Assembly (NCBI GenBank): GCA_964057225.1
Contig: CAXKVF010000073.1
Span: 682,001 to 746,000 of the forward strand
Source: Auanema rhodensis
Lineage: Eukaryota > Animalia > Nematoda
Direction of reading: 5' to 3'
Length of the DNA stretch: 64,000 nt
Each line of letters opens with the position of its first letter. Within the stretch, counting starts at the first letter, position 1. The translations under genes were made by a program, and so were the position numbers. This document shows, one piece after another, positions 23,801-38,800 of the stretch. The notes below the pieces were generated by a model, which made no database searches, was not told the DNA's origin, and worked only from the letters and a program-made list of their open reading frames with translations.

Positions 23801-26800
23801 TTAAAGTTCACGTAAATTTCAAAGTCATGGTTACCATGAACCAATATCAATAAAAATTTGTTTTTAGACTAATATGGACATGGGGAATCTAATTTTGAAA
23901 ACCGCATCTCTTTTTCTTTCACGTGAAGCGAGTTACATACCAAGTGCACATCACGTGTACATTTAATTAGCATAAATTAAAGTTCACGTAAATTTCAAAG
24001 TCATGGTTACCATGAACTAATATCAATAAAAATTTGTTTTTAGACTAATATGGACATGGGGAATCTAATTTTGAAAACCGCATCTCTTTATCTTTCACGT
24101 GAAGCGAGTTACATACCAAGTGCACATCACGTGTACATTTAATTAGCATAAATTAAAGTTCACGTAAATTTCAAAGTCATGGTTACCATGAACCAATATC
24201 AATAAAAATTTGTTTTTAGACTAATATGGACATGGGGAATCTAATTTTGAAAACCGCATCTCTTTATCTTTCACGTGAAGCGAGTTACATACCAAGTGCA
24301 CATCACGTGTACATTTAATTAGCATAAATTAAAGTTCACGTAAATTTCAAAGTCATGGTTACCATGAACCAATATCAATAAAAATTTGTTTTTAGACTAA
24401 TATGGACATGGGGAATCTAATTTTGAAAACCGCATCTCTTTATCTTTCACGTGAAGCGAGTTACATACCAAGTGCACATCACGTGTACATTTAATTAGCA
24501 TAAATTAAAGTTCACGTAAATTTCAAAGTCATGGTTACCATGAACCAATATCAATAAAAATTTGTTTTTAGACTAATATGAACATGGGGAATCTAATTTT
24601 GAAAACCGCATCTCTTTATCTTTCACGTGAAGCGAGTTACTTACCAAGTGCACATCACGTGTACATTTAATTAGCATAAATTAAAGTTCACGTAAATTTC
24701 AAAGTCATGGTTACCATGAACCAATATCAATAAAAATTTGTTTTTAGACTAATATGGACATGGGGAATCTAATTTTGAAAACCGCATCTCTTTATCTTTC
24801 ACGTGAAGCGAGTTACATACCAAGTGCACATCACGTGTACATTTAATTAGCATAAATTAAAGTTCACGTAAATTTCAAAGTCATGGTTACCATGAACCAA
24901 TATCAATAAAAATTTGTTTTTAGACTAATATGGACATGGGGAATCTAATTTTGAAAACCGCATCTCTGCATCTTTCACGTGAAGCGAGTTACATACCAAG
25001 TGCACATCACGTGTACATTTAATTAGCATAAATTAAAGTTCACGTAAATTTCAAAGTCATGGTTACCATGCACCAATATCAATAAAAATTTGTTTTTAGA
25101 CTAATATGGACATGGGGAATCTAATTTTGAAAACCGCATCTCTTTTTCTTTCACGTGAAGCGAGTTACATACCAAGTGCACATCACGTGTACATTTAATT
25201 AGCATAAATTAAAGTTCACGTAAATTTCAAAGTCATGGTTACCATGCACCAATATCAATAAAAATTTGTTTTTAGACTAATATGGACATGGGGAATCTAA
25301 TTTTGAAAACCGCATCTCTTTATCTTTCACGTGAAGCGAGTTACATACCAAGTGCACATCACGTGTACAATTAATTAGCATAAATTAAAGTTCACGTAAA
25401 TTTCAAAGTCATGGTTACCATGAAGCAATATCAATAAAAATTTGTTTCTAGACTAATATGGACATGGGGAATCTAATTTTGAAAACCGCATCTCTTTATC
25501 TTTCACGTGAAGCGAGTTACATACCAAGTGAACATCACGTGTACATTTAATTAGCATAAATTAAAGTTCACGTAAATTTCAAAGTCATGGTTACCATGCA
25601 CCAATAACAATAAAAATTTGTTTTTAGACTAATATGGACATGGGGAATCTAATTTTGAAAACCGCATCTCTTTTTCTTTCACGTGAAGCGAGTTACATAC
25701 CAAGTGCACATCACGTGTACATTTAATTAGCATAAATTAAAGTTCACGTAAATTTCAAAGTCATGGTTACCATGCACCAATATCAATAAAAATTTGTTTT
25801 TAGACTAATATGGACATGGGGAATCTAATTTTGAAAACCGCATCTCTTTATCTTTCACGTGAAGCGAGTTACATACCAAGTGCACATCACGTGTACAATT
25901 AATTAGCATAAATTAAAGTTCACGTAAATTTCAAAGTCATGGTTACCATGAAGCAATATCAATAAAAATTTGTTTCTAGACTAATATGGACATGGGGAAT
26001 CTAATTTTGAAAACCGCATCTCTTTATCTTTCACGTGAAGCGAGTTACATACCAAGTGAACATCACGTGTACATTTAATTAGCATAAATTAAAGTTCACG
26101 TAAATTTCAAAGTCATGGTTACCATGAAGCAATATCAATAAAAATTTGTTTTTAGACTAATATGGACATGGGGAATCTAATTTTGAAAACCACATCTCTT
26201 TATCTTTCACGTGAAGCGAGTTACATACCAAGTGCACATCACGTGTACATTTAATTAGCATAAATTAAAGTTCACGTAAATTTCAAAGTCATGGTTACCA
26301 TGCACCAATATCAATAAAAATTTGTTTTTAGACTAATATGGACATGGGGAATCTAATTTTGAAAACCGCATCTCTTTATCTTTCACGTGAAGCGAGTTAC
26401 ATACCAAGTGCACATCACGTGTACAATTAATTAGCATAAATTAAAGTTCACGTAAATTTCAAAGTCATGGTTACCATGAAGCAATATCAATTGAAATTTG
26501 TTTCTAGACTAATATGGACATGGGGAATCTAATTTTGAAAACTGCATCTCTTTATCTTTCACGTGAAGCGAGTTACATACCAAGTGAACATCACGTGTAC
26601 ATTTAATTAGCATAAATTAAAGTTCACGTAAATTTCAAAGTCATGGTTACCATGAAGCAATATCAATAAAAATTTGTTTTTAGACTAATATGGACATGGG
26701 GAATCTAATTTTGAAAACCACATCTCTTTATCTTTCACGTGAAGCGAGTTACATACCAAGTGCACATCACGTGTACATTTAATTAGCATAAATTAAAGTT

Positions 26801-29800
26801 CACGTAAATTTCAAAGTCATGGTTACCATGAACCAATATCAATAAAAATTTGTTTTTAGACTAATATGGACATGGGGAATCTAATTTTGAAAACCGCATC
26901 TCTTTATCTTTCACGTGAAGCGAGTTACATACCAAGTGCACATCACGTGTACATTTAATTAGCATAAATTAAAGTTCACGTAAATTTCAAAGTCATGGTT
27001 ACCATGAACTAATATCAATAAAAATTTGTTTTTAGACTAATATGGACATGGGGAATCTAATTTTGAAAACCGCATCTCTTTATCTTTCACGTGAAGCGAG
27101 TTACATACCAAGTGCACATCACGTGTACATTTAATTAGCATAAATTAAAGTTCACGTAAAATTCAAAGTCATGGTTACCATGAACCAATATCAATAAAAA
27201 TTTGTTTTTAGACTAATATGGACATGGGGAATCTAATTTTGAAAACCGCATCTCTTTATCTTTCACGTGAAGCGAGTTACATACCAAGTGCACATCACGT
27301 GTACATTTAATTAGCATAAATTAAAGTTCACGTAAATTTCAAAGTCATGGTTACCATGAACTAATATCAATAAAAATTTGTTTTTAGACTAATATGGACA
27401 TGGGGAATCTAATTTTGAAAACCGCATCTCTTTATCTTTCACGTGAAGCGAGTTACATACCAAGTGCACATCACGTGTACATTTAATTAGCATAAATTAA
27501 AGTTCACGTAAATTTCAAAGTCATGGTTACCATGAACCAATATTAATAAAAATTTGTTTTTAGACTAATATGGACATGGGGAATCTAATTTTGAAAATCA
27601 CATCTCTTTATCTTTCACGTGAAGCGAGTTACATACCAAGTGCACATCACGTGTACATTTAATTAGCATAAATTAAAGTTCACGTAAATTTCAAAGTCAT
27701 GGTTACCATGAACCAATATCAATAAAAATTTGTTTTTAGACTAATATGGACATGGGGAATCTAATTTTGAAAACCGCATCTCTTTATCTTTCACGTGAAG
27801 CGAGTTACATACCAAGTGCACATCACGTGTACATTTAATTAGCATAAATTAAAGTTCACGTAAATTTCAAAGTCATGGTTACCATGAACTAATATCAATA
27901 AAAATTTGTTTTTAGACTAATATGGACATGGGGAATCTAATTTTGAAAACCGCATCTCTTTATCTTTCACGTGAAGCGAGTTACATACCAAGTGCACATC
28001 ACGTGTACATTTAATTAGCATAAATTAAAGTTCACGTAAATTTCAAAGTCATGGTTACCATGAACCAATATTAATAAAAATTTGTTTTTAGACTAATATG
28101 GACATGGGGAATCTAATTTTGAAAACCACATCTCTTTATCTTTCACGTGAAGCGAGTTACATACCAAGTGCACATCACGTGTACATTTAATTAGCATAAA
28201 TTAAAGTTCACGTAAATTTCAAAGTCATGGTTACCATGAACCAATATCAATAAAAATTTGTTTTTAGACTAATATGGACATGGGGAATCTAATTTTGAAA
28301 ACCGCATCTCTGCATCTTTCACGTGAAGCGAATTACATACCAAGTGCACATCACGTGTACATTTAATTAGCATAAATTAAAGTTCACGTAAATTTCAAAG
28401 TCATGGTTACCATGCACCAATATCAATAAAAATTTGTTTTTAGACTAATATGGACATGGGGAATCTAATTTTGAAAACCGCATCTCTTTTTCTTTCACGT
28501 GAAGCGAGTTACATACCAAGTGCACATCACGTGTACATTTAATTAGCATAAATTAAAGTTCACGTAAATTTCAAAGTCATGGTTACCATGCACCAATATC
28601 AATAAAAATTTGTTTTTAGACTAATATGGACATGGGGAATCTAATTTTGAAAACCGCATCTCTTTATCTTTCACGTGAAGCGAGTTACATACCAAGTGAA
28701 CATCACGTGTACATTTAATTAGCATAAATTAAAGTTCACGTAAATTTCAAAGTCATGGTTACCATGAAGCAATATCAATAAAAATTTGTTTTTAGACTAA
28801 TATGGACATGGGGAATCTAATTTTGAAAACCACATCTCTTTATCTTTCACGTGAAGCGAGTTACATACCAAGTGCACATCACGTGTACATTTAATTAGCA
28901 TAAATTAAAGTTCACGTAAATTTCAAAGTCATGGTTACCATGAACCAATATCAATAAAAATTTGTTTTTAGACTAATATGGACATGGGGAATCTAATTTT
29001 GAAAACCGCATCTCTTTATCTTTCACGTGAAGCGAGTTACATACCAAGTGCACATCACGTGTACATTTAATTAGCATAAATTAAAGTTCACGTAAATTTC
29101 AAAGTCATGGTTACCATGAACTAATATCAATAAAAATTTGTTTTTAGACTAATATGGACATGGGGAATCTAATTTTGAAAACCGCATCTCTTTATCTTTC
29201 ACGTGAAGCGAGTTACATACCAAGTGCACATCACGTGTACATTTAATTAGCATAAATTAAAGTTCACGTAAATTTCAAAGTCATGGTTACCATGAACCAA
29301 TATCAATAAAAATTTGTTTTTAGACTAATATGGACATGGGGAATCTAATTTTGAAAACCGCATCTCTTTATCTTTCACGTGAAGCGAGTTACATACCAAG
29401 TGCACATCACGTGTACATTTAATTAGCATAAATTAAAGTTCACGTAAATTTCAAAGTCATGGTTACCATGAACTAATATCAATAAAAATTTGTTTTTAGA
29501 CTAATATGGACATGGGGAATCTAATTTTGAAAACCGCATCTCTTTATCTTTCACGTGAAGCGAGTTACATACCAAGTGCACATCACGTGTACATTTAATT
29601 AGCATAAATTAAAGTTCACGTAAATTTCAAAGTCATGGTTACCATGAACCAATATTAATAAAAATTTGTTTTTAGACTAATATGGACATGGGGAATCTAA
29701 TTTTGAAAATCACATCTCTTTATCTTTCACGTGAAGCGAGTTACATACCAAGTGCACATCACGTGTACATTTAATTAGCATAAATTAAAGTTCACGTAAA

Positions 29801-32800
29801 TTTCAAAGTCATGGTTACCATGAACCAATATCAATAAAAATTTGTTTTTAGACTAATATGGACATGGGGAATCTAATTTTGAAAACCGCATCTCTTTATC
29901 TTTCACGTGAAGCGAGTTACATACCAAGTGCACATCACGTGTACATTTAATTAGCATAAATTAAAGTTCACGTAAATTTCAAAGTCATGGTTACCATGAA
30001 CTAATATCAATAAAAATTTGTTTTTAGACTAATATGGACATGGGGAATCTAATTTTGAAAACCGCATCTCTTTATCTTTCACGTGAAGCGAGTTACATAC
30101 CAAGTGCACATCACGTGTACATTTAATTAGCATAAATTAAAGTTCACGTAAATTTCAAAGTCATGGTTACCATGAAGCAATATCAATAAAAATTTGTTTC
30201 TAGACTAATATGGACATGGGGAATCTAATTTTGAAAACCGCATCTCTTTATCTTTCACGTGAAGCGAGTTACATACCAAGTGAACATCACGTGTACATTT
30301 AATTAGCATAAATTAAAGTTCACGTAAATTTCAAAGTCATGGTTACCATGAACCAATATCAATAAAAATTTGTTTTTAGACTAATATGGACATGGGGAAT
30401 CTAATTTTGAAAACCACATCTCTTTATCTTTCACGTGAAGCGAGTTACATACCAAGTGCACATCACGTGTACATTTAATTAGCATAAATTAAAGTTCACG
30501 TAAATTTCAAAGTCATGGTTACCATGAACCAATATCAATAAAAATTTGTTTTTAGACTAATATGGACATGGGGAATCTAATTTTGAAAACCGCATCTCTT
30601 TATCTTTCACGTGAAGCGAGTTACATACCAAGTGCACATCACGTGTACATTTAATTAGCATAAATTAAAGTTCACGTAAATTTCAAAGTCATGGTTACCA
30701 TGAACTAATATCAATAAAAATTTGTTTTTAGACTAATATGGACATGGGGAATCTAATTTTGAAAACCGCATCTCTTTATCTTTCACGTGAAGCGAGTTAC
30801 ATACCAAGTGCACATCACGTGTACATTTAATTAGCATAAATTAAAGTTCACGTAAATTTCAAAGTCATGGTTACCATGAACCAATATCAATAAAAATTTG
30901 TTTTTAGACTAATATGGACATGGGGAATCTAATTTTGAAAACCGCATCTCTTTATCTTTCACGTGAAGCGAGTTACATACCAAGTGCACATCACGTGTAC
31001 ATTTAATTAGCATAAATTAAAGTTCACGTAAATTTCAAAGTCATGGTTACCATGAACTAATATCAATAAAAATTTGTTTTTAGACTAATATGGACATGGG
31101 GAATCTAATTTTGAAAACCGCATCTCTTTATCTTTCACGTGAAGCGAGTTACATACCAAGTGCACATCACGTGTACATTTAATTAGCATAAATTAAAGTT
31201 CACGTAAATTTCAAAGTCATGGTTACCATGAACCAATATCAATAAAAATTTGTTTTTAGACTAATATGGACATGGGGAATCTAATTTTGAAAACCACATC
31301 TCTTTATCTTTCACGTGAAGCGAGTTACATACCAAGTGCACATCACGTGTACATTTAATTAGCATAAATTAAAGTTCACGTAAATTTCAAAGTCATGGTT
31401 ACCATGAACCAATATCAATAAAAATTTGTTTTTAGACTAATATGGACATGGGGAATCTAATTTTGAAAACCGCATCTCTTTATCTTTCACGTGAAGCGAG
31501 TTACATACCAAGTGCACATCACGTGTACATTTAATTAGCATAAATTAAAGTTCACGTAAATTTCAAAGTCATGGTTACCATGAACTAATATCAATAAAAA
31601 TTTGTTTTTAGACTAATATGGACATGGGGAATCTAATTTTGAAAACCGCATCTCTTTATCTTTCACGTGAAGCGAGTTACATACCAAGTGCACATCACGT
31701 GTACATTTAATTAGCATAAATTAAAGTTCACGTAAATTTCAAAGTCATGGTTACCATGAACCAATATCAATAAAAATTTGTTTTTAGACTAATATGGACA
31801 TGGGGAATCTAATTTTGAAAACCGCATCTCTTTATCTTTCACGTGAAGCGAGTTACATACCAAGTGAACATCACGTGTACATTTAATTAGCATAAATTAA
31901 AGTTCACGTAAATTTCAAAGTCATGGTTACCATGAAGCAATATCAATAAAAATTTGTTTTTAGACTAATATGGACATGGGGAATCTAATTTTGAAAACCA
32001 CATCTCTTTATCTTTCACGTGAATCGAGTTACATACCAAGTGCACATCACGTGTACATTTAATTAGCATAAATTAAAGTTCACGTAAATTTCAAAGTCAT
32101 GGTTACCATGAACCAATATCAATAAAAATTTGTTTTTAGACTAATATGGACATGGGGAATCTAATTTTGAAAACCGCATCTCTTTATCTTTCACGTGAAG
32201 CGAGTTACATACCAAGTGCACATCACGTGTACATTTAATTAGCATAAATTAAAGTTCACGTAAATTTCAAAGTCATGGTTACCATGAACTAATATCAATA
32301 AAAATTTGTTTTTAGACTAATATGGACATGGGGAATCTAATTTTGAAAACCGCATCTCTTTATCTTTCACGTGAAGCGAGTTACATACCAAGTGCACATC
32401 ACGTGTACATTTAATTAGCATAAATTAAAGTTCACGTAAATTTCAAAGTCATGGTTACCATGAAGCAATATCAATAAAAATTTGTTTCTAGACTAATATG
32501 GACATGGGGAATCTAATTTTGAAAACCGCATCTCTTTTTCTTTCACGTGAAGCGAGTTACATACCAAGTGCACATCACGTGTACATTTAATTAGCATAAA
32601 TTAAAGTTCACGTAAATTTCAAAGTCATGGTTACCATGCACCAATATCAATAAAAATTTGTTTTTAGACTAATATGGACATGGGGAATCTAATTTTGAAA
32701 ACCGCATCTCTTTATCTTTCACGTGAAGCGAGTTACATACCAAGTGCACATCACGTGTACATTTAATTAGCATAAATTAAAGTTCACGTAAATTTCAAAG

Positions 32801-35800
32801 TCATGGTTACCATGAACCAATATCAATAAAAATTTGTTTTTAGACTAATATGGACATGGGGAATCTAATTTTGAAAACCGCATCTCTTTTTCTTTCACGT
32901 GAAGCGAGTTACATACCAAGTGCACATCACGTGTACATTTAATTAGCATAAATTAAAGTTCACGTAAATTTCAAAGTCATGGTTACCATGCACCAATATC
33001 AATAAAAATTTGTTTTTAGACTAATATGGACATGGGGAATCTAATTTTGAAAACCGCATCTCTTTATCTTTCACGTGAAGCGAGTTACATACCAAGTGCA
33101 CATCACGTGTACAATTAATTAGCATAAATTAAAGTTCACGTAAATTTCAAAGTCATGGTTACCATGAAGCAATATCAATAAAAATTTGTTTCTAGACTAA
33201 TATGGACATGGGGAATCTAATTTTGAAAACCGCATCTCTTTATCTTTCACGTGAAGCGAGTTACATACCAAGTGAACATCACGTGTACATTTAATTAGCA
33301 TAAATTAAAGTTCACGTAAATTTCAAAGTCATGGTTACCATGAAGCAATATCAATAAAAATTTGTTTTTAGACTAATATGGACATGGGGAATCTAATTTT
33401 GAAAACCACATCTCTTTATCTTTCACGTGAAGCGAGTTACATACCAAGTGCACATCACGTGTACATTTAATTAGCATAAATTAAAGTTCACGTAAATTTC
33501 AAAGTCATGGTTACCATGAACCAATATCAATAAAAATTTGTTTTTGGACTAATATGGACATGGGGAATCTAATTTTGAAAACCGCATCTCTTTATCTTTC
33601 ACGTGAAGCGAGTTACATACCAAGTGCACATCACGTGTACATTTAATTAGCATAAATTAAAGTTCACGTAAATTTCAAAGTCATGGTTACCATGAACTAA
33701 TATCAATAAAAATTTGTTTTTAGACTAATATGGACATGGGGAATCTAATTTTGAAAACCGCATCTCTTTATCTTTCACGTGAAGCGAGTTACATACCAAG
33801 TGCACATCACGTGTACATTTAATTAGCATAAATTAAAGTTCACGTAAATTTCAAAGTCATGGTTACCATGAACCAATATCAATAAAAATTTGTTTTTAGA
33901 CTAATATGGACATGGGGAATCTAATTTTGAAAACCGCATCTCTTTATCTTTCACGTGAAGCGAGTTACATACCAAGTGCACATCACGTGTACATTTAATT
34001 AGCATAAATTAAAGTTCACGTAAATTTCAAAGTCATGGTTACCATGAAGCAATATCAATAAAAATTTGTTTCTAGACTAATATGGACATGGGGAATCTAA
34101 TTTTGAAAACCGCATCTCTTTATCTTTCACGTGAAGCGAGTTACATACCAAGTGAACATCACGTGTACATTTAATTAGCATAAATTAAAGTTCACGTAAA
34201 TTTCAAAGTCATGGTTACCATGAAGCAATATCAATAAAAATTTGTTTTTAGACTAATATGGACATGGGGAATCTAATTTTGAAAACCGCATCTCTTTATC
34301 TTTCACGTGAAGCGAGTTACATACCAAGTGAACATCACGTGTACATTTAATTAGCATAAATTAAAGTTCACGTAAATTTCAAAGTCATGGTTACCATGAA
34401 GCAATATCAATAAAAATTTGTTTTTAGACTAATATGGACATGGGGAATCTAATTTTGAAAACCACATCTCTTTATCTTTCACGTGAAGCGAGTTACATAC
34501 CAAGTGCACATCACGTGTACATTTAATTAGCATAAATTAAAGTTCACGTAAATTTCAAAGTCATGGTTACCATGAACCAATATCAATAAAAATTTGTTTT
34601 TGGACTAATATGGACATGGGGAATCTAATTTTGAAAACCGCATCTCTTTATCTTTCACGTGAAGCGAGTTACATACCAAGTGCACATCACGTGTACATTT
34701 AATTAGCATAAATTAAAGTTCACGTAAATTTCAAAGTCATGGTTACCATGAACTAATATCAATAAAAATTTGTTTTTAGACTAATATGGACATGGGGAAT
34801 CTAATTTTGAAAACCGCATCTCTTTATCTTTCACGTGAAGCGAGTTACATACCAAGTGCACATCACGTGTACATTTAATTAGCATAAATTAAAGTTCACG
34901 TAAATTTCAAAGTCATGGTTACCATGAAGCAATATCAATAAAAATTTGTTTCTAGACTAATATGGACATGGGGAATCTAATTTTGAAAACCGCATCTCTT
35001 TATCTTTCACGTGAAGCGAGTTACATACCAAGTGAACATCACGTGTACATTTAATTAGCATAAATTAAAGTTCACGTAAATTTCAAAGTCATGGTTACCA
35101 TGAAGCAATATCAATAAAAATTTGTTTTTAGACTAATATGGACATGGGGAATCTAATTTTGAAAACCGCATCTCTTTATCTTTCACGTGAAGCGAGTTAC
35201 ATACCAAGTGAACATCACGTGTACATTTAATTAGCATAAATTAAAGTTCACGTAAATTTCAAAGTCATGGTTACCATGAAGCAATATCAATAAAAATTTG
35301 TTTTTAGACTAATATGGACATGGGGAATCTAATTTTGAAAACCACATCTCTTTATCTTTCACGTGAAGCGAGTTACATACCAAGTGCACATCACGTGTAC
35401 ATTTAATTAGCATAAATTAAAGTTCACGTAAATTTCAAAGTCATGGTTACCATGAACCAATATCAATAAAAATTTGTTTTTGGACTAATATGGACATGGG
35501 GAATCTAATTTTGAAAACCGCATCTCTTTATCTTTCACGTGAAGCGAGTTACATACCAAGTGCACATCACGTGTACATTTAATTAGCATAAATTAAAGTT
35601 CACGTAAATTTCAAAGTCATGGTTACCATGAACTAATATCAATAAAAATTTGTTTTTAGACTAATATGGACATGGGGAATCTAATTTTGAAAACCGCATC
35701 TCTTTATCTTTCACGTGAAGCGAGTTACATACCAAGTGCACATCACGTGTACATTTAATTAGCATAAATTAAAGTTCACGTAAATTTCAAAGTCATGGTT

Positions 35801-38800
35801 ACCATGAACCAATATCAATAAAAATTTGTTTTTAGACTAATATGGACATGGGGAATCTAATTTTGAAAACCGCATCTCTTTATCTTTCACGTGAAGCGAG
35901 TTACATACCAAGTGCACATCACGTGTACATTTAATTAGCATAAATTAAAGTTCACGTAAATTTCAAAGTCATGGTTACCATGAAGCAATATCAATAAAAA
36001 TTTGTTTCTAGACTAATATGGACATGGGGAATCTAATTTTGAAAACCGCATCTCTTTATCTTTCACGTGAAGCGAGTTACATACCAAGTGAACATCACGT
36101 GTACATTTAATTAGCATAAATTAAAGTTCACGTAAATTTCAAAGTCATGGTTACCATGAAGCAATATCAATAAAAATTTGTTTTTAGACTAATATGGACA
36201 TGGGGAATCTAATTTTGAAAACCACATCTCTTTATCTTTCACGTGAAGCGAGTTACATACCAAGTGCACATCACGTGTACATTTAATTAGCATAAATTAA
36301 AGTTCACGTAAATTTCAAAGTCATGGTTACCATGAACCAATATCAATAAAAATTTGTTTTTAGACTAATATGGACATGGGGAATCTAATTTTGAAAACCG
36401 CATCTCTTTATCTTTCACGTGAAGCGAGTTACATACCAAGTGCACATCACGTGTACATTTAATTAGCATAAATTAAAGTTCACGTAAATTTCAAAGTCAT
36501 GGTTACCATGAACTAATATCAATAAAAATTTGTTTTTAGACTAATATGGACATGGGGAATCTAATTTTGAAAACCGCATCTCTTTATCTTTCACGTGAAG
36601 CGAGTTACATACCAAGTGCACATCACGTGTACATTTAATTAGCATAAATTAAAGTTCACGTAAATTTCAAAGTCATGGTTACCATGAACCAATATCAATA
36701 AAAATTTGTTTTTAGACTAATATGGACATGGGGAATCTAATTTTGAAAACCGCATCTCTTTATCTTTCACGTGAAGCGAGTTACATACCAAGTGCACATC
36801 ACGTGTACATTTAATTAGCATAAATTAAAGTTCACGTAAATTTCAAAGTCATGGTTACCATGCACCAATATCAATAAAAATTTGTTTTTAGACTAATATG
36901 GACATGGGGAATCTAATTTTGAAAACCGCATCTCTTTTTCTTTCACGTGAAGCGAGTTACATACCAAGTGCACATCACGTGTACATTTAATTAGCATAAA
37001 TTAAAGTTCACGTAAATTTCAAAGTCATGGTTACCATGCACCAATATCAATAAAAATTTGTTTTTAGACTAATATGGACATGGGGAATCTAATTTTGAAA
37101 ACCGCATCTCTTTATCTTTCACGTGAAGCGAGTTACATACCAAGTGCACATCACGTGTACAATTAATTAGCATAAATTAAAGTTCACGTAAATTTCAAAG
37201 TCATGGTTACCATGAAGCAATATCAATAAAAATTTGTTTCTAGACTAATATGGACATGGGGAATCTAATTTTGAAAACCGCATCTCTTTATCTTTCACGT
37301 GAAGCGAGTTACATACCAAGTGCACATCACGTGTACATTTAATTAGCATAAATTAAAGTTCACGTAAATTTCAAAGTCATGGTTACCATGAAGCAATATC
37401 AATAAAAATTTGTTTTTAGACTAATATGGACATGGGGAATCTAATTTTGAAAACCACATCTCTTTATCTTTCACGTGAAGCGAGTTACATACCAAGTGCA
37501 CATCACGTGTACATTTAATTAGCATAAATTAAAGTTCACGTAAATTTCAAAGTCATGGTTACCATGAACCAATATCAATAAAAATTTGTTTTTAGACTAA
37601 TATGGACATGGGGAATCTAATTTTGAAAACCGCATCTCTTTATCTTTCACGTGAAGCGAGTTACATACCAAGTGCACATCACGTGTACATTTAATTAGCA
37701 TAAATTAAAGTTCACGTAAATTTCAAAGTCATGGTTACCATGAACTAATATCAATAAAAATTTGTTTTTAGACTAATATGGACATGGGGAATCTAATTTT
37801 GAAAACCGCATCTCTTTATCTTTCACGTGAAGCGAGTTACATACCAAGTGCACATCACGTGTACATTTAATTAGCATAAATTAAAGTTCACGTAAATTTC
37901 AAAGTCATGGTTACCATGAAGCAATATCAATAAAAATTTGTTTTTAGACTAATATGGACATGGGGAATCTAATTTTGAAAACCACATCTCTTTATCTTTC
38001 ACGTGAAGCGAGTTACATACCAAGTGCACATCACGTGTACATTTAATTAGCATAAATTAAAGTTCACGTAAATTTCAAAGTCATGGTTACCATGAACCAA
38101 TATCAATAAAAATTTGTTTTTAGACTAATATGGACATGGGGAATCTAATTTTGAAAACCGCATCTCTTTATCTTTCACGTGAAGCGAGTTACATACCAAG
38201 TGCACATCACGTGTACATTTAATTAGCATAAATTAAAGTTCACGTAAATTTCAAAGTCATGGTTACCATGAACCAATATCAATAAAAATTTGTTTTTAGA
38301 CTAATATAGACATGGGGAATCTAATTTTGAAAACCGCATCTCTTTATCTTTCACGTGAAGCGAGTTACATACCAAGTGCACATCACGTGTACATTTAATT
38401 GGCATAAATTAAAGTTCACGTAAATTTCAAAGTCATGGTTACCATGCACCAATATCAATAAAAATTTGTTTTTAGACTAATATGGACATGGGGAATCTAA
38501 TTTTAAAAACCGCATCTCTTTATCTTTCACGTGAAGCGAGTTACATACCAAGTGCACATCACGTGTACATTTAATTAGCATAAATTAAAGTTCACGTAAA
38601 ATTCAAAGTCATGGTTACCATGAACCAATATCAATAAAAATTTGTTTTTAGACTAATATAGACATGGGGAATCTAATTTTGAAAACCGCATCTCTTTATC
38701 TTTCACGTGAAGCGAGTTACATACCAAGTGCACATCACGTGTACATTTAATTAGCATAAATTAAAGTTCACGTAAATTTCAAAGTCATGGTTACCATGAA

